Shown piece by piece: positions 42,600-52,370 of a stretch of 64,000 nt of DNA. The DNA lies in contig CAWCXJ010000006.1 of NCBI GenBank assembly GCA_963799485.1, positions 544,001-608,000 on the forward strand, read 5' to 3'. The translations under genes were made by a program, and so were the position numbers. The notes under the pieces were generated by a model. That model searched no databases, was not told the origin of the DNA, and was given only the letters and a program-made list of their open reading frames with translations. This DNA comes from an uncultured Trueperaceae bacterium. Lineage in GTDB: Bacteria > Deinococcota > Deinococci > Deinococcales > Trueperaceae. The first letter of the stretch is position 1. The number at the start of each line of letters is the position of its first letter.

Positions 42600-44057
42600 G
42601 TGAACGTGGCTGCTGACCTGACCGCCGCTTTAACCGAAGTCGCCGCCCGCTACGAAGCGGCGCTGCCCGCCGGTACGCTGCTGAGTTTTCCCGTTACCGA
42701 GCTCGACCAAACAGGCGTGCCGTCGTGGAGTGTGACGCTGATTCCGGGTAGCCCCAGCGGTGGGCACGGTTACGGTTGGAATGACGCACAGGCCAGAGTA
42801 AGTGCGCTGGGCGAGCTGCACGAACGGCTGCAAAGTCAGCTCGTCGTCCCGACGCTGCCGACCGAACGCGCGGCTTGCGGGGAGCTTGTCAACGTTTACG
42901 GCGAAAAGGCTGTGATCGACCCGTTGACGCTTTCGCTCCCGGCAGGCAGCTCCTACACGCCGGATATGTCCCGGTTGTGGGTCAAGATGACGCGGTTTGC
43001 TGCGGGTGAAGCGGTCTGGGTGCCGTTAGAGGCGGCGGCCTCGAGCCCCACCGAACTTCCCGGCGGCTACGACCCGCTCTACTTAAGCGTATCGAACGGC
43101 CTCGGCGCGGGTTTCAGCACGAAACAAGCGCTGACGCACGCGGTTTTTGAGCTTTTGCAGCGCGACGGCAACAGCGTCAACTACCGGGCGCTCGACCAGG
43201 GCGTCGGCGTAGACCTTACAGGCGCTGCGTTGCCGGAGCGGGTGACGGCGTTGCTGAGGCACTTCGCTGAGCTGGGCGTCAACGTGCAGGTCAAGCTGGC
43301 GAGTACGGACTTCGGTTTGAATAACCTTTACGTCGTCGGGGCGAATGAGGCGGGGGAGACGCCGGGAATTATGGCTGCTGCTGCGGGTGAGGCGTGCCAT
43401 CCGGACAAATACGTGGCGCTTGAAAAAGCCCTCTTGGAGTTCGCCGCCGCCCGTACCCGGCTGGCGTTCAATCACGGCCCGCCGGAGCGCGTGCAGGAGA
43501 TGACGCCGCCGGGGTACTTGGAGACGTACCAAGAGGCGTTCGGTGGTTTGGGCGAAGAAACGCGGGCGCTGTCGGCGATGCGGGAGTGGCTGGAACTGGA
43601 CGCTAAAACCCTCCGCGACAAGTTGACGAGCGTTTACGAGGTTCGCAGCCGGGTTTCGTGGGACGCGCTGCCCCACGCGCAACCCGTAAATCCCTTGACC
43701 GACGCCGTAAACCGTCTAGGCGGGTTTGACCTGCTCTACCTCGAGCTGGCAAGCCCGCAAGCGCACGAACACGGCGTTACGGCAGTTAAAGCAGTGGTAC
43801 CGGGGCTCGAGGTCGAAACGCTCAGCTACGCACGCCTGAGCGCCCGCAACCTGACCCGGTTGCTGGCACGAGACAGCCCCCTCGTCGGTCTGGGTGCGCC
43901 GCCTGCCGGGGCCGCCCCCGTCCGCCTGAGCGCCGGCGCTGAAGCCTCGTTCGGAAGTCCGGCTTGGCTTGATTTTACGGCGCTGGAACGGCTTGCCGGG
44001 CCGCTCTACCCGCTCTACCGCGAACCGAGCCGTCATGCGGTTCACTGGGCAGTTTGA
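42600..44057 (+). CDS. YcaO-like family protein
   Basis: GHGYG, ALGE..E, SNGLGAG, ELLQRD, KALLE and VPGLE; start uncertain (42573-42606). Confidence 0.88.
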   Translation: MNVAADLTAALTEVAARYEAALPAGTLLSFPVTELDQTGVPSWSVTLIPGSPSGGHGYGWNDAQARVSALGELHERLQSQLVVPTLPTERAACGELVNVYGEKAVIDPLTLSLPAGSSYTPDMSRLWVKMTRFAAGEAVWVPLEAAASSPTELPGGYDPLYLSVSNGLGAGFSTKQALTHAVFELLQRDGNSVNYRALDQGVGVDLTGAALPERVTALLRHFAELGVNVQVKLASTDFGLNNLYVVGANEAGETPGIMAAAAGEACHPDKYVALEKALLEFAAARTRLAFNHGPPERVQEMTPPGYLETYQEAFGGLGEETRALSAMREWLELDAKTLRDKLTSVYEVRSRVSWDALPHAQPVNPLTDAVNRLGGFDLLYLELASPQAHEHGVTAVKAVVPGLEVETLSYARLSARNLTRLLARDSPLVGLGAPPAGAAPVRLSAGAEASFGSPAWLDFTALERLAGPLYPLYREPSRHAVHWAV

Positions 44058-45091
44058 TGTTCGACAAGCTGATGTTTGGGCGTTATGAAGATTTTGAAAC
44101 GCTGCTTAAGGTGTGTGCCCGCCGCGACCTGCGCTTTGAAGGCGTGCCGATGTATCTGGGGTTGGAGGCGCTGGAAAACTCGGTGAGTTTTACGCCAGAC
44201 GCTGCCGGAACCAGACTCGCCGACGCTGCCGAAGCACTTTTTGCGGCGTTTTTGGCCCGTAATCCTGAACCGACGGTGCTCGAGCTGCGGCGCTTCGTCG
44301 AAACCCTCGCGCAGGGTTTGTTTAGTCCGACACTGGAGCCTGCCCCGGCTCCGCTGGCTTTACCGCCACCGCCCTGCGAAGAAGACCCGCCCCTTACGCT
44401 TCCTAAACCGTTCGAAGCGTCGTTTGCCGAACTCGTCACCCATTTTCGGCGCGGCAGCTACCTCCGCGTCGTCAACTTTCACAACACGCCGCGCGCGAAC
44501 GCCGCCTACTACGAGCGGCTGTTAAGCTGGTACGCCGAGCATTTTTCTTCGGCAACCGAGGCCGACCTGACCCGGGTTTTTGCAACCGGACGCTGGCACA
44601 AAGAAAAACCGCCCCTGCTCCTCTGCTTTTTCGAAGGGACGCGCAACCACTTCGACGTTATCTTGCCGCTGCTGGAGCGCTACGGGCTTACCGGCTGGTT
44701 TTTTATCATCCCGCACTTTTTAGCGGTACCACCCGCCGCGCAGGTCGCCTACGCGGACGCGCACTACATCGGCACCGTTCCCGGTGAGTACGAGGGCGAA
44801 CGCCTTACGCTTTCGTGGGATGAAGTGCGTCATCTGGGCCGAAATCACGTTATCGTCAGCCATACCCTGACGCACACCGAACTGACTCCCGACTCGCCTG
44901 ACGCGCTGATGGTGCGTGAAATCGGCGTGTCCAAACGCGTGTTGGAAACGCAGCTGGGCCGAGAAGTCGAGAGTTTTGCCTGGCTGCTCGGCGCTGAACA
45001 CGGCCTCAACCCCAGAGCCGACGCCTGTTTGCTGAGCGCGGGCTACAGTTATCTATTTAGCACCTTCAAGCTGCAAAAGCTGCGCGGCTAG
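44057..45091 (+). CDS. Polysaccharide deacetylase (NodB-like) with an extra N-terminal domain
   Basis: VVNFHNT, LLCFFEG, P.LE.YGLTGWFF and SHT.TH; TGATG overlap with ycaO. Confidence 0.8.
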   Translation: MFDKLMFGRYEDFETLLKVCARRDLRFEGVPMYLGLEALENSVSFTPDAAGTRLADAAEALFAAFLARNPEPTVLELRRFVETLAQGLFSPTLEPAPAPLALPPPPCEEDPPLTLPKPFEASFAELVTHFRRGSYLRVVNFHNTPRANAAYYERLLSWYAEHFSSATEADLTRVFATGRWHKEKPPLLLCFFEGTRNHFDVILPLLERYGLTGWFFIIPHFLAVPPAAQVAYADAHYIGTVPGEYEGERLTLSWDEVRHLGRNHVIVSHTLTHTELTPDSPDALMVREIGVSKRVLETQLGREVESFAWLLGAEHGLNPRADACLLSAGYSYLFSTFKLQKLRG

Positions 45092-45165
45092 TGTTCTCTG
45101 GGCTGCCTGAGCGGAGATGTGTATTCCCAAACGTTTTTCAGACGTAGGCGCGGTAAGCTGGCACC

Positions 45166-45495
45166 GTGCCTGAAGCCGCCAGTACTTTTCCGGTCACGCC
45201 CAAACGTGTGAGCTTTTGCGGGCGTCCGGGGCGGCTCGAGCCCGTCGGCGAGAATCTGGTCGAGAGCTGCTGGGTCTGGTGGACAGACGGCGGGCTTTTA
45301 CGCGACCCTGAGCGGCCTGCCTCCGGTTCACTCCTGGACCTCGCCTGCGACGTGGCTGAACTTTATCATCGGCGGTGCGCGCTCGAGCTGAGCGAGGTTC
45401 CCGGTGCTGCCTTGGAGGTGATGTGGCTCGAGCTGACCGCCGACAATTCCCTGCTGGTCTTCTTAAAGTCGGTTTCGCACCCCAGCTGCGCCTGA
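45166..45495 (+). CDS. Hypothetical protein
   Basis: 109 aa; TAAGCT -10 box 6 nt before the GTG. Confidence 0.55.
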   Translation: MPEAASTFPVTPKRVSFCGRPGRLEPVGENLVESCWVWWTDGGLLRDPERPASGSLLDLACDVAELYHRRCALELSEVPGAALEVMWLELTADNSLLVFLKSVSHPSCA

Positions 45496-45839
45496 ACACA
45501 CGCCTGAACCCACGTCTAAACACGGGCAAAGGCCGAACGCAAAGCAGACATGATGTGCGCTATGTTTGATCGTTCTGGACAGGTAGATACTATTCAGAGC
45601 CAAAGTGGTACCAGGGAAGGCACGAGCAAAGCGAAAGAGACAGCAGAAGTTATGGGCAAATCAAGTTCATCCAAGTGCAAGCACGCCCTTTTCAGACGAC
45701 CGCTCTGGAAAGCCTAATACTTGACCCGTGGATTTATCAATCGGTATTACGCCCTTTTCCCATCTTTTACCCCACGTAACCGCGACGAGTTTCGTCACGC
45801 CCCACAAAACACATTCTGCTCGCGCGTTATAGTTTCCCT

Positions 45840-47015
45840 ATGACAAACAACGCGGTATTTGTAACGGCCCTCCGCACGCCTGTCGGACGGGCGCACAAGG
45901 GGATGCTAAAAGACACCCGCCCTGACGACCTCGGCGGCTTTATCCTTAAAGAAGCGCTGGCACGCACGGCCGGGCTAGGCGCGGCGCACATCGACGACGT
46001 GCTGCTGGGCAACGCGCACCCTGAAGGCGAAGCGGGCTACAACCTGGCGCGGATTGCCCTACAAATCGCCGGGTTTCCGGACACGGTAGCGGGCGCGACC
46101 ATCAACCGCTTTTGCGCGTCGGGCCTACAGACGATGGTGCAGGGCTCGCAGGCGGTCGCGGCGGGGATGTGCGAGGTCGTCTTTGCGGGCGGCGTGGACT
46201 GTACCTCACGTGTGCCGATGGGTGGGCACACGATGTCCATTAACAAGGCGCTCTATAAACGCTTGCCGGGGGCATACCACACGATGGGACAGACGGCTGA
46301 AGCGGTCGCCCGGAAGTTCGGCGTCAGCCGTGAAGCGCAGGACACGTTTGCGCTCCGGTCACACCAGAAGGCGGTGGCGGCGCAGAAAGCCGGACGTTTC
46401 GACGCGCAGGTCGTGCCGGTGCCGGTTCGGGTCAAAGACGAGGCGGGGGAGTGGCATGAAGTCACCGTAAAACGTGACGAAGGCCCCCGCGCCGACACGA
46501 CGCTAGAGCGGTTGGCGGGGCTTAAAACGGTGTTTGCCGACGATGACGCGGCGACGGTAACGGCAGGAAACTCGAGCCCCTTAAACGACGGCGCGGCGAT
46601 GACCGTCGTGATGACCGAAGAAAGGGCGCAGGCTCTCGGCCTCAAACCGTTGGCGACGCTCGTGCAGGCGGCGGTCGTCGGCGTCGATCCGGAAATCATG
46701 GGCGTCGGCCCGGTTCCGGCAATTCGCAAGCTCTTGGCTAAGGTCGGCCTGCAGGTTTCGGATATCGACCTCTTCGAAATCAACGAGGCGTTCGCCAGTC
46801 AGTGTTTTTACAGCCAGCAGGAACTCGAGATTCCCGACGACAAGCTCAACGTCAACGGTGGCGCTATCGCCATCGGACACCCGCTCGGCGCAACCGGCGC
46901 ACGTATCGCTGCCGATTTGTTCGCGGAAATGGCCCGCCGGGACGCCCACTACGGCGTTATCTCGATGTGCGTCGGGGGTGGTCAGGGGATGGCGGCCCTC
47001 TTTAGACGAGATTAG
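45840..47015 (+). CDS. Acetyl-CoA acyltransferase (thiolase)
   Basis: RTPVG, NRFCASG, NEAFA, GGAIAIGHP and MCVGGGQG. Confidence 0.96.
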   Translation: MTNNAVFVTALRTPVGRAHKGMLKDTRPDDLGGFILKEALARTAGLGAAHIDDVLLGNAHPEGEAGYNLARIALQIAGFPDTVAGATINRFCASGLQTMVQGSQAVAAGMCEVVFAGGVDCTSRVPMGGHTMSINKALYKRLPGAYHTMGQTAEAVARKFGVSREAQDTFALRSHQKAVAAQKAGRFDAQVVPVPVRVKDEAGEWHEVTVKRDEGPRADTTLERLAGLKTVFADDDAATVTAGNSSPLNDGAAMTVVMTEERAQALGLKPLATLVQAAVVGVDPEIMGVGPVPAIRKLLAKVGLQVSDIDLFEINEAFASQCFYSQQELEIPDDKLNVNGGAIAIGHPLGATGARIAADLFAEMARRDAHYGVISMCVGGGQGMAALFRRD

Positions 47016-47168
47016 TAGCAGGTAGTGTCCGGTCGGCAACTCTCTATTTGAGGTTTACCAACCGGCACGCACCTGAGATAACAGCGGTGTCGACCGCGCA
47101 GGAAAACGCTAAAGATGTCTTCAACCGCCGTAAGAGAGTTGTAAGACCCGCCGCGCTACCTTGGGAGT

Positions 47169-47534
47169 GTGGCAACTATCCTTATCGTCGACGACCATCC
47201 CACCATGCGCTTTTTGCTTAGGAGCATCCTAACGAGTGAAGGGCACCACGTCCTCGAGGCTCCCGACGGTCGGGCCGCCTTAGCCAGCCTTGCTACGTCT
47301 CCCGAAGTCGCACTCCTCGTTACCGACGTCGATATGCCGGTGATGGACGGGCTCGAGCTGCTCCGCGCCTTAAGCTTCCGCGAAGACCTGCCCAAACTCG
47401 TAATCAGCGGTGCCACCGTTGCGCCTCCCTTGGCGGACCTGGGCGTCAGCGGCTTTTTTAGCAAACCCTTAAATCTAGCTCAGTTCAAACATACCGTCGC
47501 GCGGCTGTTAAGCCTTGCGGCGGCGTTGACGTAA
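47169..47534 (+). CDS. Single-domain response regulator
   Basis: ILIVDD, TD..MP.MDG and KP. Confidence 0.88.
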   Translation: MATILIVDDHPTMRFLLRSILTSEGHHVLEAPDGRAALASLATSPEVALLVTDVDMPVMDGLELLRALSFREDLPKLVISGATVAPPLADLGVSGFFSKPLNLAQFKHTVARLLSLAAALT

Positions 47535-47619
47535 ACGGCTTCTCTTCGCCCCTCTACACGTTTTTCAGCTTGTGTCTGAAAGGAGCTTTACGCTCTGTAC
47601 GGGCAAGTATGCTGGAGAG

Positions 47620-48453
47620 ATGGAGCGTATGTCCCGCCGCGCCTTTTTAGGTTATCTCCTGACCGGGGGAGCCGCCCTTTTTGCAGGACGTATTGCAGGC
47701 AACGTCTACCACGCCGAGGTGACGCGTCACCGCCTGAGCTTACCCAAGCTTAAAGAGGCTGTTCGGGTGGTGCAGCTGAGTGACCTTCACTACGGCCCCT
47801 ATCTGCACGAGGGCTCGGTGGCGGCGTGGGTCGCACAGGCGCAGGCACAAAAAGGCGACCTGATCGTGTTGACCGGCGATACCGTCGACCGCTGGCTGGA
47901 ACGGCCTTTGGAACCTTTGACGGCGGCGCTTTCAGGGCTCAGTGCGCCGCTCGGGGTGTGGGCGTGTTTGGGTAACCACGACCGCAACCGTTTTAAGTAC
48001 GGCGTAGGGAGGCTCGAGGACGCCCTCGCCGAAGCCGGAATTACCTTGCTCGTCAACCGGGGAACGCCGCTCAGAGACGATTTGTACCTGGCTGCTGTTG
48101 ACGATTACAGCACCGGAAACCGGACCTTACAGCAGCGCTCGGTAAGGCTCCGGGAGCACGCGGCGACGCTGTTACTCTGCCACCAACCCGATTACTTTCC
48201 GCAGATGACCCTGCACGTCGACCTGACGTTAGCCGGACATACGCACGGCGGACAGGTGCGGTTGCCTTTTATCGGAGCGCCCGTTACCTCGTCGTCTTAC
48301 GGCGAGCGTTACCTGCAGGGCTGGGTAGCTCCGCCCGACCGACGTTTCGGTAAAGGCTACGTCGTCCGGGGGCTGGGCGTCAGTCTTTTACCCGTGCGCC
48401 TGAACTGTCCGGCAGAACTGGCGGTTTTTGATATCGCGCCCGAAACGCTTTAG
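47620..48453 (+). CDS. Metallophosphoesterase with a Tat-like signal
   Basis: SRRAFL; SDLH, TGD, GNHD and GHTHGGQ. Confidence 0.9.
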   Translation: MERMSRRAFLGYLLTGGAALFAGRIAGNVYHAEVTRHRLSLPKLKEAVRVVQLSDLHYGPYLHEGSVAAWVAQAQAQKGDLIVLTGDTVDRWLERPLEPLTAALSGLSAPLGVWACLGNHDRNRFKYGVGRLEDALAEAGITLLVNRGTPLRDDLYLAAVDDYSTGNRTLQQRSVRLREHAATLLLCHQPDYFPQMTLHVDLTLAGHTHGGQVRLPFIGAPVTSSSYGERYLQGWVAPPDRRFGKGYVVRGLGVSLLPVRLNCPAELAVFDIAPETL

Positions 48454-48515
48454 CTGGGCGGTCATAAGGGGCTACTCGAGTCGCTCGCAGAAAAGTTACT
48501 TTGTCATAGAAGCGC

Positions 48516-48753
48516 CTAGGCGCTATCTAAAAGACTCCTCTCCCCCTTGTCACCCCGATTCAGCACATGCGTATAAATCATGGTAGTTTTTACGTCTTTG
48601 TAACCCAGAAGCTCCTGCACCGTACGGCATTCGCCTCGAACTTCGTACTGCTAATGTCGTATCCGTCTTCTAAAAGGTGAGTTGCGAACGAGTGTCTAAG
48701 CGCATGCACACTGCCATGTTTCGTAAACTCGGCAGCCTTGACAGCCTTTTTAT
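48516..48753 (-). pseudogene. intI: Integron integrase (IntI) C-terminal remnant
   Basis: [18 protein letters not shown], a 26-nt insertion, then [30 protein letters not shown]. Confidence 0.8.
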
Positions 48754-48913
48754 AGCTTTTTGAATGCCGGATTCTAAGATGTGCTGTCGCCAATTAACTC
48801 CCCAGCCCGATATGTTTTACTTTTCACTGCCACATCCTCCGTAAAATAAGTATTCGTGTTGTTCCATAATCCTGCTCACTTTTTTTAGTCAATCATAAAA
48901 ATCAGGCAGTTAT

Positions 48914-49800
48914 TAACCTCGGGTGCTAGTCGAACAGAAACAGGATGAGGTTGTGAGCCGCGACTTTGCGGCAGACACTGGCACGAATGCTCCAAAAAGA
49001 GTTGAGCTGTTGCAAGGCAATATTGCGACATCTTGCGAGTGAGGAGAAAACAGCCTCGACAGACTTTCTGGCACGAGCGAAGAAGTCACACCAGCAGCCG
49101 GGTTCTTTGGCGTTTTGCTTGGGTGGGGTGTAGATGCCTAAACCCCGATAGCCTTTGTCGCCGATGCTGCTGTTTAGGTCATCGCCAGAAGCGTCCAAGA
49201 GGCACTTGCCCACGGTGACATCACTTTCATTGGCTGGCACGATGGCAAAACGACAGCTAGCACCCTGACCCGTGCAAACGGCGTGAAGTTTAAAGCCGTA
49301 GAAGCGTTTGGTTGCCCCACCGCGTCCAGAGGTAGCTTCGGTCATCCTTCTTGGTCTTGGGTAGCGAACACCCTTGCAGATAGGCAGCGGCTTGGAGTCG
49401 ACCAGCTACACCCCATCATGCTGAGCAATCAGCATAGCTAAGTCCGCATAGATGCGTTCGAAGTTACGGCTCACTCGGTAAAAACGTGTGATATGAGGCA
49501 GGTCGGGGAACAAAGCGCCGTATTCACGCTGCACCAGCAAGTACCACAAGCCTTGATTTTTCTGCTGAAGTATCTCGCCGACCAGAACAATGGTGAGCAA
49601 CTCGGCGTAGCTGGATTTTTGTTGGCGCTTTTTAGGCAACTTGAAGCGTCCTAAGCGTTCTGAGGCTTGTAGATAGTCGTCTATCAGGACATATACGATT
49701 GTGAAAAGGTCTGTTACATTATGCTTTGAGAGAAGATCAACGGCTCGCATGACCTATCTTCTCTCATCTTTTACCCCTTTTCTACTAGCACTCGAGGTTA
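48914..49800 (-). mobile_element. IS982-family element; transposase (49750-48926) has an in-frame TAG at 49406-49408
   Basis: 17-bp terminal inverted repeats TAACCTCG(G/A)GTGCTAGT; VDSKPLP, FYGFKLH, GDKGY and RK.VE.VFS motifs. Confidence 0.88.
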
Positions 49801-50166
49801 TTTAAGGCTTGCTAACTCATATATTTTTACAGGTTCTGCCTTGCCTCTAACTCTTACCAAAACAAGGGAGTTAACCTCTACAGCATCTTTTACCTGCTGG
49901 TGAGTAAACTCACCTAATAATGGGGGCCTCATAAGCTTCATTCAGTCCTCTAACAGAGCAGCCAGGTTTGCCCCACCATCGATCACGGTAAACGTTTTAT
50001 TCAAAACGCAAAAAGGAGTTAGGCTATGGAAAACCGCAACATTGGAGATCCCGAACCGCTGAGCTTAAGGCGTTGGCCTTACTACGGGGCAATAAGCAAT
50101 CGTTCTACAAAAATTTCAGGTACGCCGATTGGTGCTGTTATGCAGATCCAACTATACGAAATATGC

Positions 50167-51150
50167 TCACCCGCCGATAGCAACCATCGTCCGCTCACGC
50201 TGCGTCGGCGTCGTGATGCCTGAAGCGACTTTACGGTGCGCCGCGACCAAAAACATCTCCTGAACCGCTTTAATCGGTTCGTCGTGGAGCAAAGCGGGCC
50301 GCAGGTCGAACTCGCGGTCGTTGAGGAGGCACGGGCGCAGCTTGGCGTCCGAGGTCAGCCGCATCCGGCTGCACGCCCCGCAAAACGGTTCTGAAACCGG
50401 GTTGATAAAACCGACCGCGCCCAACCAGCCCGGTATCTTGAAAAGGCGTGCGGGAGCGCTCGGGTCGGTGGGAACTGTTTCCAAAGCGCCGAACGCTTCC
50501 TCGACCTTCGCCCGAATTTCCCGGCCCGGTACAAAGCTCTCTTTGTAACGCTCACTGTCGGCGTTATTTAGATGCATGTACTCGATAAAACGCACATGTA
50601 GTGGCAGCGTCTCGGTCAGAGCGGCGAGCCGGGTGATTTCAGAATCGTTGACGCCGCGCATCACCACGGCGTTGATTTTGACCGGGTGCAACCCCAGCTC
50701 GAGCAGTTCGTAGATGCTCTCCCATACGGGTTTGCTGCTGCCGCCACCCGTTGCTTGCTTAAAAACGGTCTCGTCTACCGCGTCGAGCGAGATATTGACG
50801 CGCCTGAGTCCGGCGTCTAAGAGTTCAGGCAAGCGGCGCTTTAAGAGCGTCGCGTTCGTGGTAATGGCTACGTCTTCGACACCCGCAGTGCGCGCATAGG
50901 CAATCATCTCAGGAAGTTCTTTACGTAAAAGTGGTTCACCGCCGGTAAAGCGTATCGAACTCAGGCCCAAACCTACAGCGGCGTCGATTACATGTCTCAC
51001 ATCTGCAACACTGACCGTTCCGAGCGGGTCTTTGTACCCCATACCGAGTGGGTCGCAGTAGCTGCAGCGAAAGTTGCAGCGCGGCGTCACACTGATTCTG
51101 AGGTCGCGGATAACGCGGCCGTAGCTGTCAATAAGGGAAGAAGCGCTCAC
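50167..51150 (-). CDS. moaA: GTP 3',8-cyclase
   Basis: LRISVT..CNFRCSYC, TGGEP, FCGACSR.R and C-terminal IGG. Confidence 0.96.
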   Translation of the reverse strand: MSASSLIDSYGRVIRDLRISVTPRCNFRCSYCDPLGMGYKDPLGTVSVADVRHVIDAAVGLGLSSIRFTGGEPLLRKELPEMIAYARTAGVEDVAITTNATLLKRRLPELLDAGLRRVNISLDAVDETVFKQATGGGSSKPVWESIYELLELGLHPVKINAVVMRGVNDSEITRLAALTETLPLHVRFIEYMHLNNADSERYKESFVPGREIRAKVEEAFGALETVPTDPSAPARLFKIPGWLGAVGFINPVSEPFCGACSRMRLTSDAKLRPCLLNDREFDLRPALLHDEPIKAVQEMFLVAAHRKVASGITTPTQRERTMVAIGG

Positions 51151-51460
51151 GTAAGGTCAAGGCTACCTAATCTGTGGGGTCAGGTCGGGACACCAGCCGA
51201 CACTTGGCGAGAATGCGCCCAACCGAGTTGCTGGAGTTTTTCGCTCGAGCCCCACTCACTTGCCCTATTACGGGTTGTTGTTCCCAGCAACAGTTAGGGT
51301 CGTATGGACTAGTACATAACAACACAGTACGTCCCCGGTCTCGCCCTGTAGAATAAGGACACGCTAAACACCGACATCTTCTCGGGTGTCCTTAGGCAGC
51401 AACACGCCAAGAGATGCAGATAAAAGGTACGCAGGAAAAAGGTACAAGGAAGGAACGTAA

Positions 51461-52360
51461 ATGCTAGACGGCCCGGCTCGGCCCAAAAGTAAACGCAAAG
51501 TCAACGTCGTTACGGTCGATGGGGCGCAGGTCAAACGCCGGGGCGACACCTTGGCGACCGAAGAACCTCTGGAAATTCGGTTGCTTGCCGGCAGTCGGCG
51601 GCAAAACGTCGTCCAAAATGTTGCCGTGACGATGCGGACGCCGGGGACGGATTTCGAGTTAGCCGCCGGGTTTTTGTACGGTGAGGGTATCGTCAAAAGC
51701 CGCGAAGACATCGTGCGGATGTCGTACTGCACCGAGGCCGAGCAGCGCTACAACACCGTAAACGTAACGCTGCGCGGCGCGATGCCCGATGTGGGGCGGC
51801 TCGAGCGGCACTTTACCACCACCTCGGCGTGCGGCGTTTGCGGCAAGGCGAGTTTGGAGAGTTTGGAGTTGCAAGCGTGCCCACTGCCCGACCCGACGTT
51901 TACGGTGAAGCCGGAGGTGATTACGTCACTCCCGGACAAACTGCGTCAGGCACAAGGCTTGTTCGACGCAACCGGTGGCCTGCACGCGGCGGCGCTGTTT
52001 AGCAAAACCGGTGAGCTGTTGGCGCTGCGTGAAGACGTCGGGCGACATAACGCGCTCGACAAACTCGTCGGCTGGGCGCTTTTAGAAGGCCTGCTGCCAC
52101 TTCGTGAACACATCGTTTTACTCAGCGGACGCGCCAGCTTCGAGCTGTTGCAAAAATCGCTGACGGCAGGCGTACCGCTCGTTTGCGCGGTGTCTGCGCC
52201 GAGCAGTCTCGCGGTTGCAGTCGCGCAGAACTTCAACCTGAGCTTGATTGGTTTTTTACGCGGCGCACGGTTTAACATCTATAGCGGAGAGGCTAGAATC
52301 GACTTGGGCGGCGACGAGCGCCGTAACGAACGCATTCACAGCAGCGCACAGGCGCGCTGA
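51461..52360 (+). CDS. fdhD: Formate dehydrogenase accessory sulfurtransferase
   Basis: EEPLEI, MRTPG, SACGVCG, TGGLHAA and EDVGRHNALDK. Confidence 0.96.
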   Translation: MLDGPARPKSKRKVNVVTVDGAQVKRRGDTLATEEPLEIRLLAGSRRQNVVQNVAVTMRTPGTDFELAAGFLYGEGIVKSREDIVRMSYCTEAEQRYNTVNVTLRGAMPDVGRLERHFTTTSACGVCGKASLESLELQACPLPDPTFTVKPEVITSLPDKLRQAQGLFDATGGLHAAALFSKTGELLALREDVGRHNALDKLVGWALLEGLLPLREHIVLLSGRASFELLQKSLTAGVPLVCAVSAPSSLAVAVAQNFNLSLIGFLRGARFNIYSGEARIDLGGDERRNERIHSSAQAR

Positions 52361-52370
52361 AGGGGACACA

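Noticed and set aside
45490..45525. Three 12-bp tandem repeats (CGCCTGAACACA-like)
   Set aside because: No spacers and too short for CRISPR; simple slippage repeat
49945..50025. Possible attC site (CTAAC...GTTAGGC) near the intI remnant
   Set aside because: No complementary L boxes or internal stem; GTTAGGC sits within an RBS-to-ATG spacer
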